This document shows, in pieces, positions 47,582 to 56,257 of a stretch of DNA of 64,000 bases. The position numbers and the translations under genes are program-made. Under the pieces are notes generated by a model. That model was not told the origin of the DNA. It was given only the letters and a program-made list of their open reading frames with translations, and did no database searches. How positions within the stretch are numbered: position 1 is the stretch's first letter; the number at the start of each line of letters is the position of its first letter. The stretch covers positions 109,167 to 173,166 of the forward strand of contig CAVWDU010000007.1 in assembly GCA_963753815.1 (NCBI GenBank), given 5' to 3'. This stretch comes from an uncultured Gammaproteobacteria bacterium (GTDB lineage Bacteria > Pseudomonadota > Gammaproteobacteria > Pseudomonadales > Halieaceae).

Positions 47582-48745
47582 TCAACAGGCGATCGTCCGG
47601 GGCCCCGCAGGCCCCTGGCGATTAAGCCAGCGCCCCCCGCATAGTACACCCGCCAACCTGCCGCTGCCGGGCTCAATAAGCAACAGGTCTGCCCGGAGAC
47701 CCGGGCGCAGCCGACCGCGATCACTCAATGCCAGCGCCCGCGCCGGATTGGCGGTCAGGGCCGACATCACCAACGGCACCAGCGACGGCTGTTCGCGCAT
47801 CGTCTCCTGCAGCAGTTCCAGCAGAACGCCCGGGTTGGCGGCGCTGATACCGGTGAGCCGGCCGTCCGTATAGACCGGCAGTGACCCCCCGGCGTCGGAC
47901 GACAGCGTGAGTCGATCGACCGCGGCGCCGGCCGCGGTGGCCCGCTGCAGCGCCTCCAGTGCCGGGAGATCACCGGCGGCCACCAGCTCGGGGGTCGTCG
48001 AGACGGTGATATCGACGAAGCCGCCCGTCCGGGTAAACGCCACTGCCTCGTCCAGCAGCGCCGGGCTGCGGTTGACGTGGGTGGGATAAAACACCGCGGG
48101 CGGTAAGTCGCTGCCCTCCAGCGCCGCTCGCATAGGGCCAAGGCGGCTGTCACCATCGCCGACATGCAGCATCACCCTTCCGCCGATACCGGCCAGGGTG
48201 CCGCCGAGGGAGGCATCTGCCGCCACGCGCCGCAGTTCTGCGACCGTAGGCTGGCTGGAGCGATGGTCGGAGATGGCCAGTTCCCCCACGCCGATCACCG
48301 GCTCAACGAGGGTGATATCGCGGGCTACATCGCCCGTGAGCGTGGGCGACGGCACGCGGTAGGCACCGGTGTACATGAGTGCACCCAGGCCGTTGGCGCG
48401 CATTGCCATAACAGTCCCGTACAACACCTCCAGGCTGCGGGCGATGGAATCGGTTCCAAGGGCGCCGACCGGTGTCGTCACGCCGGCGTCAGCGAAATCC
48501 CGCGCCGTCAATTCGGGTGTGCGGTTGCCGAAGCCTCCCTCACCGCCTCCGCCGCAGGGGTGGGTCAGGGCATCGATGAAACCGGGCATCACCCAGAGCC
48601 CGCTGGCATCGTGGATGTCGACGGCGCTGCCGTGCACGTCGATCCGGGTACCGACGGCTGCAATCCGGTCGCCGGCGAGGAGCACCTGCTGCCTGCCCAG
48701 CGGCTCCGGCGCGAATACGTCGGCGCCTTGCAGCAACGTCAGCAT
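47582..48745 (-). CDS. iadA: IadA-family isoaspartyl (beta-aspartyl) dipeptidase, probable cyanophycin-dipeptide hydrolase
   Basis: 387 aa, colinear with E. coli IadA as I recall it: TLLQGA..APE, PGFID....GGGGE, GTDS, ISDHRS, HVGDG, PTHVNR, LSSD. Its start overlaps the stop of the upstream cphA paralog. Confidence 0.85.
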   Translation of the reverse strand: MLTLLQGADVFAPEPLGRQQVLLAGDRIAAVGTRIDVHGSAVDIHDASGLWVMPGFIDALTHPCGGGGEGGFGNRTPELTARDFADAGVTTPVGALGTDSIARSLEVLYGTVMAMRANGLGALMYTGAYRVPSPTLTGDVARDITLVEPVIGVGELAISDHRSSQPTVAELRRVAADASLGGTLAGIGGRVMLHVGDGDSRLGPMRAALEGSDLPPAVFYPTHVNRSPALLDEAVAFTRTGGFVDITVSTTPELVAAGDLPALEALQRATAAGAAVDRLTLSSDAGGSLPVYTDGRLTGISAANPGVLLELLQETMREQPSLVPLVMSALTANPARALALSDRGRLRPGLRADLLLIEPGSGRLAGVLCGGRWLNRQGPAGPRTIAC

Positions 48746-50508
48746 GAGGTGTCTGCCCCAGGTTCGAGTGCCGCAGGGTCGCCTGCCGCAGGGTCGCCTG
48801 CCGCAGGGTCGCCTGCCGCAGCCCTGGACCGGGACTGCAATCGCTCCAGCAGGGAATGCATCGCATCGCGGTCTTCATGGGCGAGAAATACCACCTGGTC
48901 CCCCGGTTCAGCCCAGCGCAATGCCGCCCTCAGAGCGCCCGTTTCACTGCGATGCAACCCGATCTGTCGCGCCTGGTAACCCTGGGCGACGAACGCCTCC
49001 TTCAACAGGGTCGCGGTCTCGCCTTCCGGCCGCCCTCTCCGCTTGCTGTTCAGGTGCTTGACGAGCACCCGGTCGAACTTCAGTGCCGCGGCTGCATCGG
49101 CAAGGTCCCGGATGTCCTGGTTGCTGCGATCTCCTGCCTGGCCGATAACCAGCAGCCGCCGGGCAGCCGGCAGCCGGGCGGCCATTTCTACCAGCGCTTC
49201 CAGGCCGTGAGGGTTGTGGGCAAAATCCAGCAGCACCTGCGCCCCATCGACCTCAAACAGGTTCGCCCTGCCAGGATTGTCCTCCAGCGCGAGGGCGCAG
49301 AGACCGTCGGCGATCGCCGTCGTGCTGAAACCCAGCGTGAAACCCACTGCTGCGGCCGCGAGAGCATTGGCCACGTTATGGCGGGCCGCGCCCCCAAAAC
49401 AGATCGGGATCCGGCGCACCGGCACCACCGGCTCGGTTTTACCGCCCCGGCGTAACACGATGCGGCCGCGCTCAAGGGTGAAGCCGGCGCCTCCGGCCGC
49501 TGTGTGTGCGCGCAGCACGGGATTGCGGGGATCGGCACTGAACCAGACCAGCCTGGCGTCGGCACTGTCAGCCCGCGCAACCAGGCGCGGATCATCCGCA
49601 TTCAGTACCAGGCTGCCGGTGTCGTCCAGGGCCCGGGTAACCACCCACTTCACATCCGCCAGCTCTTCGACGTCCTGGACGCCAAACTCGCCGATGTGAT
49701 CAGCCGCAATGTTGGTAATCAGGGCCACATCAGCCCGTTCCAGCGCCAGTCCGCGCCGCAACAGGCCACCACGGGCCGTCTCCAGTATCGCCAGGTCGCA
49801 GCGAGGATCGCGCAACACCGTGCGGGCCCCCTGCGGCCCGGCATAATCGTCGCGATCGATAATCTCGTCGCCGACAGCCAGCCAGTCCGTGGAACTCACC
49901 CCGGTTACCCGCCCCGCAGCCTTGCCGATGGAGGCCAGCAAACGAACGGTTGTAGTCTTGCCATTGGTGCCCGTGACCAGCACCACCGGGATGCTGCCGA
50001 GAGTCGACCAGTCGACATCGTCGGGATGGGGTAATTCGAAGAGATCCCAGGATTGACTCCGCTTGCCGAGGCCAAGGGAGACCTCTTCGGTATCGAGCAC
50101 AACCGGCACATCGCGTTCCCGCGCCGCTTGCATCAGACGGCGCAGGCGGGGCCGCTCCTCGTCCCTCGCGTCGGCGCGCAACTGCCTGGCAAGCCGCTGC
50201 AGCAGCTGCCGCTGTCCCCCCTGGAGCAGGTCGCGGGCAGCATCCCAGGCCGTCTCGTTGATCTCCGTCGCCGTGTAGAGTGCATCGACCGGGGCAGAAA
50301 CCGCCATACTCGCGCCGCCTGCGAATCGGCGCACGCTGCACTGCGCGTCATCCCAGCCGATTTCATGGAGCAGCCGCTGCAGGCTGTGGCGCCACGCGCC
50401 GATTACCAGGTCCGGATCGACCTCACCGAACTCCACATCGATGACCGCACCAGGGCGGGCCGAGACCAGGTTCGGGCCAGTCAGGCGTCGGGAATCAAGC
50501 AGGCGCAC
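48739..50508 (-). CDS. Cyanophycin-synthetase paralog lacking the ATP-grasp domain (CphA N-domain plus Mur-ligase M-domain)
   Basis: 589 aa counted from GTG 50508, which lies 6 nt after GGAGG. RLLDSRRLTGPNLVSARPGAVIDVEF parallels the CphA N-terminus. It has a Mur-ligase P-loop, VLVTGTNGKTTTVRLL. No ATP-grasp segment is present when it is aligned by eye with the adjacent cphA. Confidence 0.8.
   Translation of the reverse strand: MRLLDSRRLTGPNLVSARPGAVIDVEFGEVDPDLVIGAWRHSLQRLLHEIGWDDAQCSVRRFAGGASMAVSAPVDALYTATEINETAWDAARDLLQGGQRQLLQRLARQLRADARDEERPRLRRLMQAARERDVPVVLDTEEVSLGLGKRSQSWDLFELPHPDDVDWSTLGSIPVVLVTGTNGKTTTVRLLASIGKAAGRVTGVSSTDWLAVGDEIIDRDDYAGPQGARTVLRDPRCDLAILETARGGLLRRGLALERADVALITNIAADHIGEFGVQDVEELADVKWVVTRALDDTGSLVLNADDPRLVARADSADARLVWFSADPRNPVLRAHTAAGGAGFTLERGRIVLRRGGKTEPVVPVRRIPICFGGAARHNVANALAAAAVGFTLGFSTTAIADGLCALALEDNPGRANLFEVDGAQVLLDFAHNPHGLEALVEMAARLPAARRLLVIGQAGDRSNQDIRDLADAAAALKFDRVLVKHLNSKRRGRPEGETATLLKEAFVAQGYQARQIGLHRSETGALRAALRWAEPGDQVVFLAHEDRDAMHSLLERLQSRSRAAAGDPAAGDPAAGDPAALEPGADTSC
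48771..48821. repeat. Perfect 15-bp tandem repeat, 3.4 copies (CCGCAGGGTCGCCTG), encoding (GDPAA)n at the C-terminus of the cphA paralog
   Basis: Read directly from the sequence. It is in frame and lies 30-80 nt upstream of the stop codon, on the minus strand. Confidence 0.9.
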
Positions 50509-50530
50509 GGCGGACCTCCAGCGTATTACC

Positions 50531-53317
50531 TCAGTCTTCGGACTCTCGCGCGATGCGGACGCCACGCTCGTCGCGGATCAGCTCGAGGTCTTCGTCGAAG
50601 GAGAAATCGCCGAAAAACTCCGCCGGTATGTCCACCGACTTGCCCGTCGGTGCGCTGGCCACGACATCTTCATCGGGCTCGAAGTAGATGATCTGCTTCC
50701 AGCTGCGGGCGACGTTGTCCGCCAGCAATAGCAGCAGGTCGCCGCTGCGCGCCATGCTGAGCGCCGCCGTGTTGGCCTCCTCCTCGCTCTCGATGATCTC
50801 TATGTCATCCGGGTCGACACCGCCGCCGATGAGCCCCTCGCGCAGCATCTCTGGCACCTCCCGGGGCCCGCGCCCGCGGAGCTTGTCGTCACGCCTACAG
50901 ATGTAGTGATCGAAGTGCCCGGCAGCGATGCCAGCCACTTCACGGATATCTTCATCGCGGCGGTCGCCGGGCATGGTCAGCACTACGATCTTGCGTCCGC
51001 TGACCTCGAAGCGATCGATCACGCCACAGACCATGGCCACTGCCGCCGGGTTGTGGGCGTAATCGAGAATGACCCGGAAAGGCAGCTTGTCGTAGACGTT
51101 GAGTCGTCCGGGAGACTGGAAGAACGTACTGTCGAACGTGCGCAGACCGTGACGGATGTTCTCCAGGTCGATATCCATGTGGTAGGCCAGTGCCGCGGCG
51201 AACATTGCATTCTGGACATTGTGCAGCGCCCTGCCCTCCAACGTCGCCGGTATCAGGTGGGTCCACAGCAGCGGAATGTTGTGGCCGTGTTCATCGTAGA
51301 GGGTGATCATGTTGCCATTGATGCCGTGCTCGAGCACCAGCGCCGTACCGCCGGCCTTGATATGCTCACGCACCAACGGGTGATTCCGGTTCATGGTGAC
51401 GTAGCAGAGTTTCTCCGCGGTGCAGTAATCCGCCATCTGCAGACACAGGGGGTCATCGGCGTTGAGTACCGCCGCGTCCTCTGCGACCTCCACCACCACA
51501 CGCTTCACCTCGGCGAGGTCCTCGATGGTCTCCACCCCCTTCATACCGAGGTGATCCGCCGAGATATTGAGGCAGGCCGACACATTGGAACTGCGGTAAC
51601 CGAGCCCACTGCGCAGGATACCGCCGCGGGCGGTTTCCAGTACAGCGGCGTCCACCGATGGATCGCGCAGCACGATCTGCGCCGCGGTCGGCCCGGTCAT
51701 GTCGCCGGCAACGGTGAGGCGGCCATCGATATAGACGCCCTCGGTGCTGGTCGTACCCACCGTCAGCCCGGCCATTTTCAGGATGTGGCTGAGCATGCGC
51801 GAGGTGGTTGTCTTGCCGTTGGTCCCGGTGATCGCGGCGATCGGGATATGAAACTGGCTGCTTTCCGGAAACAGCATGTCGATGACCGGTTCGGCAACAT
51901 CCCGGGGCTCACCTTCGGAGGGAGCGACATGCATACGGAACCCGGGCGCGGCATTGCACTCACAGATGCCGCCACCGACCTCCCGATACGATCGGGTGAT
52001 ATCCGTGGTGATGAAATCGACACCCCCCACGTCCAGCCCGAGCGCCAGGATAGAACGTTCCGCCATATTCTTGTTATCCGGATGGATGACGTCGGTCACA
52101 TCGACCGCCGTACCGCCGGTGCTCAGGTTTGCCGTCGGTTGCAGGAAGACGGTCTCGCCGTCTGGTGGAACGCTGTCCGGCGTGTAGTCGAGCGCCGCCA
52201 GCATGCGTTCCGCCGCCGCATCCAGGCTGATGCGGGTGAGGACCTTTTCATGCCCGACACCGCGCCGCGGATCGTCATTGACGCGATCGACCAGTTCCGC
52301 GACGCTGTGGCGGCCATCGCCCACCACATGGGCTGGCACCCGCTTTGCAGCCGCGACGAGCTCTCCGTTGACCACCAGCAGCCGATGATCCAGCCCCTCC
52401 AGGAAGGTTTCCACGATCACGCCGTCGCTGTGTTCCTTGGCCTTGTCGTAGGCCTTTTCCAGTTGTGCCTCGTCGCGGATATCCGTGGTTACGCCGCGAC
52501 CGTGGTTGGCATTCAGCGGCTTCAGTACCACCGGGTAACCGATGCGATCCGCCGCCGCCAGGGCCCGCCGCAGCCGATACACGAGCGCCTGCCTCGGAAC
52601 CGGCAGGCCCAGGTCGCCGAGAATCCTGTTGGTCTCCTCCTTGTCGGATGCCAACTCCACGGCAATGTGCTGGGTCTCGCTGGTAATGGTCGCCTGCAGT
52701 CGCTTCTGGAACCGGCCGTGACCGAGCTGCAGCAGGCTGTGCTCATTGAGCCTGATCCAGGGGATGCCGCGAGCCTCGGCGGCCTTGACCAGTGAGTCCG
52801 TGCTCGGGCCGAGATCGCGCTTCTGGCAGGCGCGAATAAAATCGTCGCGCCGCTCTTCGAAATTGAAATCGGCGGGGGCATCGTCGGGCCGCAATGAGTC
52901 AGGCAACAGCGAGTGCAGCAGGTCCAGCCCCAGGATGCCCGCCTCGATGCCGGCATACTCGCTCTCGTACTGGTACACCATGTCGTACTGACCGGGCTCG
53001 TCGGTAGAGCGCGTTTTGCCGAAACTGACGTCGGCCCCGGCGATACCCTGCAGCTCGAGTACCACGTGCTCCAGTACATGGCCCAGCCAGGTCCCCTCGT
53101 CTTCCAGCATGCGCCGGATCAGTCCGCCCGGCTCCCGGTAGGAGCAGCCGTGCTCGGCAAGCCCCGGCAAGTGCTCGACCAGCGCATTGACGAATCCCTC
53201 GCCCAATCGCCCGGTGGGCCATTCTTCCAGCTCCCCGAGGTCTACCGTGTGTCGAATCACGGGAAAAAGCGCGTAGACATTGGGTCCACGGTAGACACTG
53301 GTATCGACGAACTTCAT
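50531..53317 (-). CDS. cphA: Cyanophycin synthetase
   Basis: 928 aa counted from ATG 53317. N-domain MKFVDTSVYRGPNVYALFPVIRHTVDLGEL. ATP-grasp segment: IGYPVVLKPLNANHGRGV...LLVVNGELVAAAKR...ECNAAPGFRMH. Mur-ligase domain: ITGTNGKTTTSRML. Confidence 0.92.
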   Translation of the reverse strand: MKFVDTSVYRGPNVYALFPVIRHTVDLGELEEWPTGRLGEGFVNALVEHLPGLAEHGCSYREPGGLIRRMLEDEGTWLGHVLEHVVLELQGIAGADVSFGKTRSTDEPGQYDMVYQYESEYAGIEAGILGLDLLHSLLPDSLRPDDAPADFNFEERRDDFIRACQKRDLGPSTDSLVKAAEARGIPWIRLNEHSLLQLGHGRFQKRLQATITSETQHIAVELASDKEETNRILGDLGLPVPRQALVYRLRRALAAADRIGYPVVLKPLNANHGRGVTTDIRDEAQLEKAYDKAKEHSDGVIVETFLEGLDHRLLVVNGELVAAAKRVPAHVVGDGRHSVAELVDRVNDDPRRGVGHEKVLTRISLDAAAERMLAALDYTPDSVPPDGETVFLQPTANLSTGGTAVDVTDVIHPDNKNMAERSILALGLDVGGVDFITTDITRSYREVGGGICECNAAPGFRMHVAPSEGEPRDVAEPVIDMLFPESSQFHIPIAAITGTNGKTTTSRMLSHILKMAGLTVGTTSTEGVYIDGRLTVAGDMTGPTAAQIVLRDPSVDAAVLETARGGILRSGLGYRSSNVSACLNISADHLGMKGVETIEDLAEVKRVVVEVAEDAAVLNADDPLCLQMADYCTAEKLCYVTMNRNHPLVREHIKAGGTALVLEHGINGNMITLYDEHGHNIPLLWTHLIPATLEGRALHNVQNAMFAAALAYHMDIDLENIRHGLRTFDSTFFQSPGRLNVYDKLPFRVILDYAHNPAAVAMVCGVIDRFEVSGRKIVVLTMPGDRRDEDIREVAGIAAGHFDHYICRRDDKLRGRGPREVPEMLREGLIGGGVDPDDIEIIESEEEANTAALSMARSGDLLLLLADNVARSWKQIIYFEPDEDVVASAPTGKSVDIPAEFFGDFSFDEDLELIRDERGVRIARESED

Positions 53318-53452
53318 TACTCTGGCTCCACTGGGCGCTGGTTGGATTGGCACTTTAACCCGTCCGCTGGCCACAGGGAAGCAGGCCGCGCGATTCGCCA
53401 AAGCGCACTCAATCTAGGATAATGCCCGGCGTGTGATATCGGGGCAGGGAAG

Positions 53453-55591
53453 ATGAGGTTGAGGCAACACGGTTGCGGCACGCGGGGTCCGCTGGCGCTT
53501 ATTGGCGGGCGCTTTGAAGCGGACAACGAGGCGCTCTTCGAAGCACTCAAGCCCCTGTGCAAGGGGCGTATTGCAGTGCTCTCCATGGCCTCCGGTTACC
53601 CGTTGGAGGTAGGGCAGGAACTGGTCGACGACTTCCAGCATTATGGATTCGAGGCAGAACTCATACCCATCTTCTGGGAGAACCGGCAAACAGCCGCCTT
53701 CGATCCCGAGCTCACCGCGCGGCTCGCCGATTTCGGCAGCTTTTTTTTCAGCGGCGGCGATCAGACCCGGATCGTGGAAACGCTGGTACAGGACAGCCAG
53801 GAGACACCGGCCCTACTCGAGATTCGTGCGGCGCATGCCCGGGGCGGGCTGATGGCCGGAACGTCCGCGGGCGCCGCCATCATGTCCGGACCGATGATAC
53901 TGAGCGGCACGTCCCTCAATGCGCTCAGCGCCGGGGTCGATGCAGCCGTACCGGCTGAAGAAGACGCGTTCCGGCTGGGCCGCGGCCTCGGTTTTTTCGA
54001 GTGGGGCCTGGTGGACCAGCATTTCCTGCAGAGAGGCCGCATCGGCCGCCTGCTGGCCGGCGCCAGGGCACTTCAGCAGACCATGGCCTTCGGTATCGAC
54101 GAGAACAGCGCTCTGCTGGTAGAGGGTAACCGCGGCCGTGTCGTCGGCGAGACCGGCGTGGTGGTCCTCGACCTGCGTAAGGCGCGTTACGATCACGACG
54201 GCTACGACATGAGCAATGTCGTCATGTCCTACCTCGATGACGGAGACGCGATTGACCTGGCCCGGGGCAAACCACTGCCGGCGGGCGACAAAAAACGGGT
54301 GCGCGTCACTCGCGCGTCCTACTCCCGCCCGGCTCCGGTGCGCCGCTCGGCGTTTGCGAGCTACGCCGTACACGACCTCTTGCTGAGGCTGGTGGAGGGC
54401 GACCCGGCCTACTATCGCAAGGACAGCGCAATGGCGTACGACGAGCAGCGCGAGCGCCAGATCTGCCTGGAGATCGCCCGCGTTCCGCGTCGCTCGCGGG
54501 CACTGAAGGCCATCCGCGAGGGTGAGATTCGCTACTCCGCGCTGTATTTCAGCCTGCGCGTCAAATCCAGCGTACTGCCGCTGCAGCAGCGCCCCGCCGC
54601 CGCGACCACCGTACTGCCGCCTGATCCGGTACCGGATGCCCGGCTGGTTTTGCTGGGCAATTCGCCCCTGCAATGGCCGCAGGAACACCTGGCGGGCCTG
54701 ACCACTGAACTTCGCGAGCCCATCGGCGTGTTGCCCGTGGCCACCGCCGAACCGCAGCGCGTGGCTGCCGAGTACCTTGCGTGGCTAGAGAACCTGGGGC
54801 TGCAGGCCGAGATCCTCGATGTCTCCCTGTCCAACATCGAACGCGCAAGCCGCGACCGCCAGCTCCTCAAGCGAATCGGCCAGGTCGGCAGCCTGCTGAT
54901 CCCGGGAGGCGACCAGCGCCACATGACCGAGACCCTGCTGCACTGCGCAGATGCGACACCGGTTCTGCATGCCATCGTCAGCGCCTACGAAACGGGAACG
55001 CCGCTGATCGCGGTAGCCGCTGCCGCCAGTGCCATTGCCGGGCACATGATCGTGGAGGGCGACAGCGAGGCGGCACTGCGCCATGGCGCTTCCGAAGACG
55101 CCGGTTTTTCGGGCGTGGTCGTGGAACCCGGGATCGGTCTGTCCACCTTCGGCCTCATCGACCAGAACTTCCTGCGCCGACACCGGCTGGGCCGGTTGCT
55201 GGTAGCCAGTGCCAGCCGGCGGGAACGGTTCGGATTCGGTCTCTGCGAAGAATCCGGGCTGGTCATCGTCGGCGGACAACGCTGCCTGCACAGTATCGGA
55301 CGCACCGGTGTGGTGGTGGCCGAGCTCGACGTCGACCGGGTCAAATTGCATGGGCCGCGCTTCACCACCGAAGGCATACGCCTGCACTTCATCGAAGCGG
55401 GCAGCAGATTTCACCTGGATACAGTGGCCGCGGACGCCATGGCCAATACCGCCACCGGGGCCGCCATGCTGGAGCGGGCCATTGCAGACCTCGCCCGGGA
55501 TTACAACGCCGGCCTGCCTCCGGGGTCACCACCACTCGACCGCAGCGACCTGCGCTCCGCCCTGCTCAGCAGCGGAGCCGCCCTGCACTGA
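53453..55591 (+). CDS. Cyanophycinase-like peptidase S51 protein with two tandem S51 domains
   Basis: 712 aa. Domain 1 has SGGDQTR, GTSAGAA (Ser138) and DQHF. Domain 2 (from ~residue 397) has PGGDQRH, AVAAAASA and DQNF. It is divergent from cphA and has no signal peptide. Confidence 0.85.
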   Translation: MRLRQHGCGTRGPLALIGGRFEADNEALFEALKPLCKGRIAVLSMASGYPLEVGQELVDDFQHYGFEAELIPIFWENRQTAAFDPELTARLADFGSFFFSGGDQTRIVETLVQDSQETPALLEIRAAHARGGLMAGTSAGAAIMSGPMILSGTSLNALSAGVDAAVPAEEDAFRLGRGLGFFEWGLVDQHFLQRGRIGRLLAGARALQQTMAFGIDENSALLVEGNRGRVVGETGVVVLDLRKARYDHDGYDMSNVVMSYLDDGDAIDLARGKPLPAGDKKRVRVTRASYSRPAPVRRSAFASYAVHDLLLRLVEGDPAYYRKDSAMAYDEQRERQICLEIARVPRRSRALKAIREGEIRYSALYFSLRVKSSVLPLQQRPAAATTVLPPDPVPDARLVLLGNSPLQWPQEHLAGLTTELREPIGVLPVATAEPQRVAAEYLAWLENLGLQAEILDVSLSNIERASRDRQLLKRIGQVGSLLIPGGDQRHMTETLLHCADATPVLHAIVSAYETGTPLIAVAAAASAIAGHMIVEGDSEAALRHGASEDAGFSGVVVEPGIGLSTFGLIDQNFLRRHRLGRLLVASASRRERFGFGLCEESGLVIVGGQRCLHSIGRTGVVVAELDVDRVKLHGPRFTTEGIRLHFIEAGSRFHLDTVAADAMANTATGAAMLERAIADLARDYNAGLPPGSPPLDRSDLRSALLSSGAALH

Positions 55592-55630
55592 GCCGCGTGT
55601 AACGGGCCCGGGCGAGCAGTAGAATCAGCC

Positions 55631-56140
55631 ATGTCGCCGCTTCATACCGAACGACTGCGCATCGAGCATTTTCGCGAAGCCGATGCTGACTTTCTCGTCA
55701 CCCTGCTGAACGACGCCGATTTCATTACCAACATCGGTGACCGGGGGGTGCGCGACCTGGAGGCGGCCCGACGCTTTTATCGCGACAGGCTGGCGGCGAG
55801 TTATCGCGAGCACGGCTTCGGCATGTTTGCCGTTCGCCTGCGCCAATCGGGAGAACTGCTGGGCATGTGTGGCCTGGTCAGGCGGCCACAACTTGAGCAC
55901 GTGGACCTGGGCTACGCTTTTTTGCCAAACGCCCGCGGGCACGGTTATGCTCTCGAAGCCGCGCGCCGGGTCGTGGCTTATGCCATCGACGATCTCGGCA
56001 TCGGAGAATTGCTGGCCATAGTCAATGAGGACAACACGCCTTCGCGCCACCTGCTGGAAAAGCTGGGTATGCGTTATGAACGCAGGTTGCGCCTCGAAGA
56101 AAACGCGGCGGAAGTCTGCCTCTACGCCCGGCGACGGTAA
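55631..56140 (+). CDS. GNAT family N-acetyltransferase (RimJ/RimL-like)
   Basis: 169 aa. It has the TERLRIEHFREADADFL N-terminus and a GHGYALEAARRVVAYAIDDLG acetyl-CoA binding region. Confidence 0.8.
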   Translation: MSPLHTERLRIEHFREADADFLVTLLNDADFITNIGDRGVRDLEAARRFYRDRLAASYREHGFGMFAVRLRQSGELLGMCGLVRRPQLEHVDLGYAFLPNARGHGYALEAARRVVAYAIDDLGIGELLAIVNEDNTPSRHLLEKLGMRYERRLRLEENAAEVCLYARRR

Positions 56141-56257
56141 CCGCCGCGCGCCGGGACGCCATCAAGGGGCGCCGGCCCTGGACCGGTTGCGGTCACCGTG
56201 GCACGACACCGTGGCTGCATTTTCGCGAGCCACACATTCACACTGGGAGACAAGATC

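Noticed and set aside
48771-48821. Possible CRISPR-like or minisatellite array
   Set aside because: The repeats are directly abutting 15-mers with no spacers, and they lie inside a coding region. This is not a CRISPR array.
50906-52795. 629-aa ORF on the + strand
   Set aside because: It lies entirely antisense to full-length cphA. Its composition is Arg/Gly/Ala/Pro/His-rich with no recognisable motifs, which is typical of a stop-free shadow frame in GC-rich DNA.
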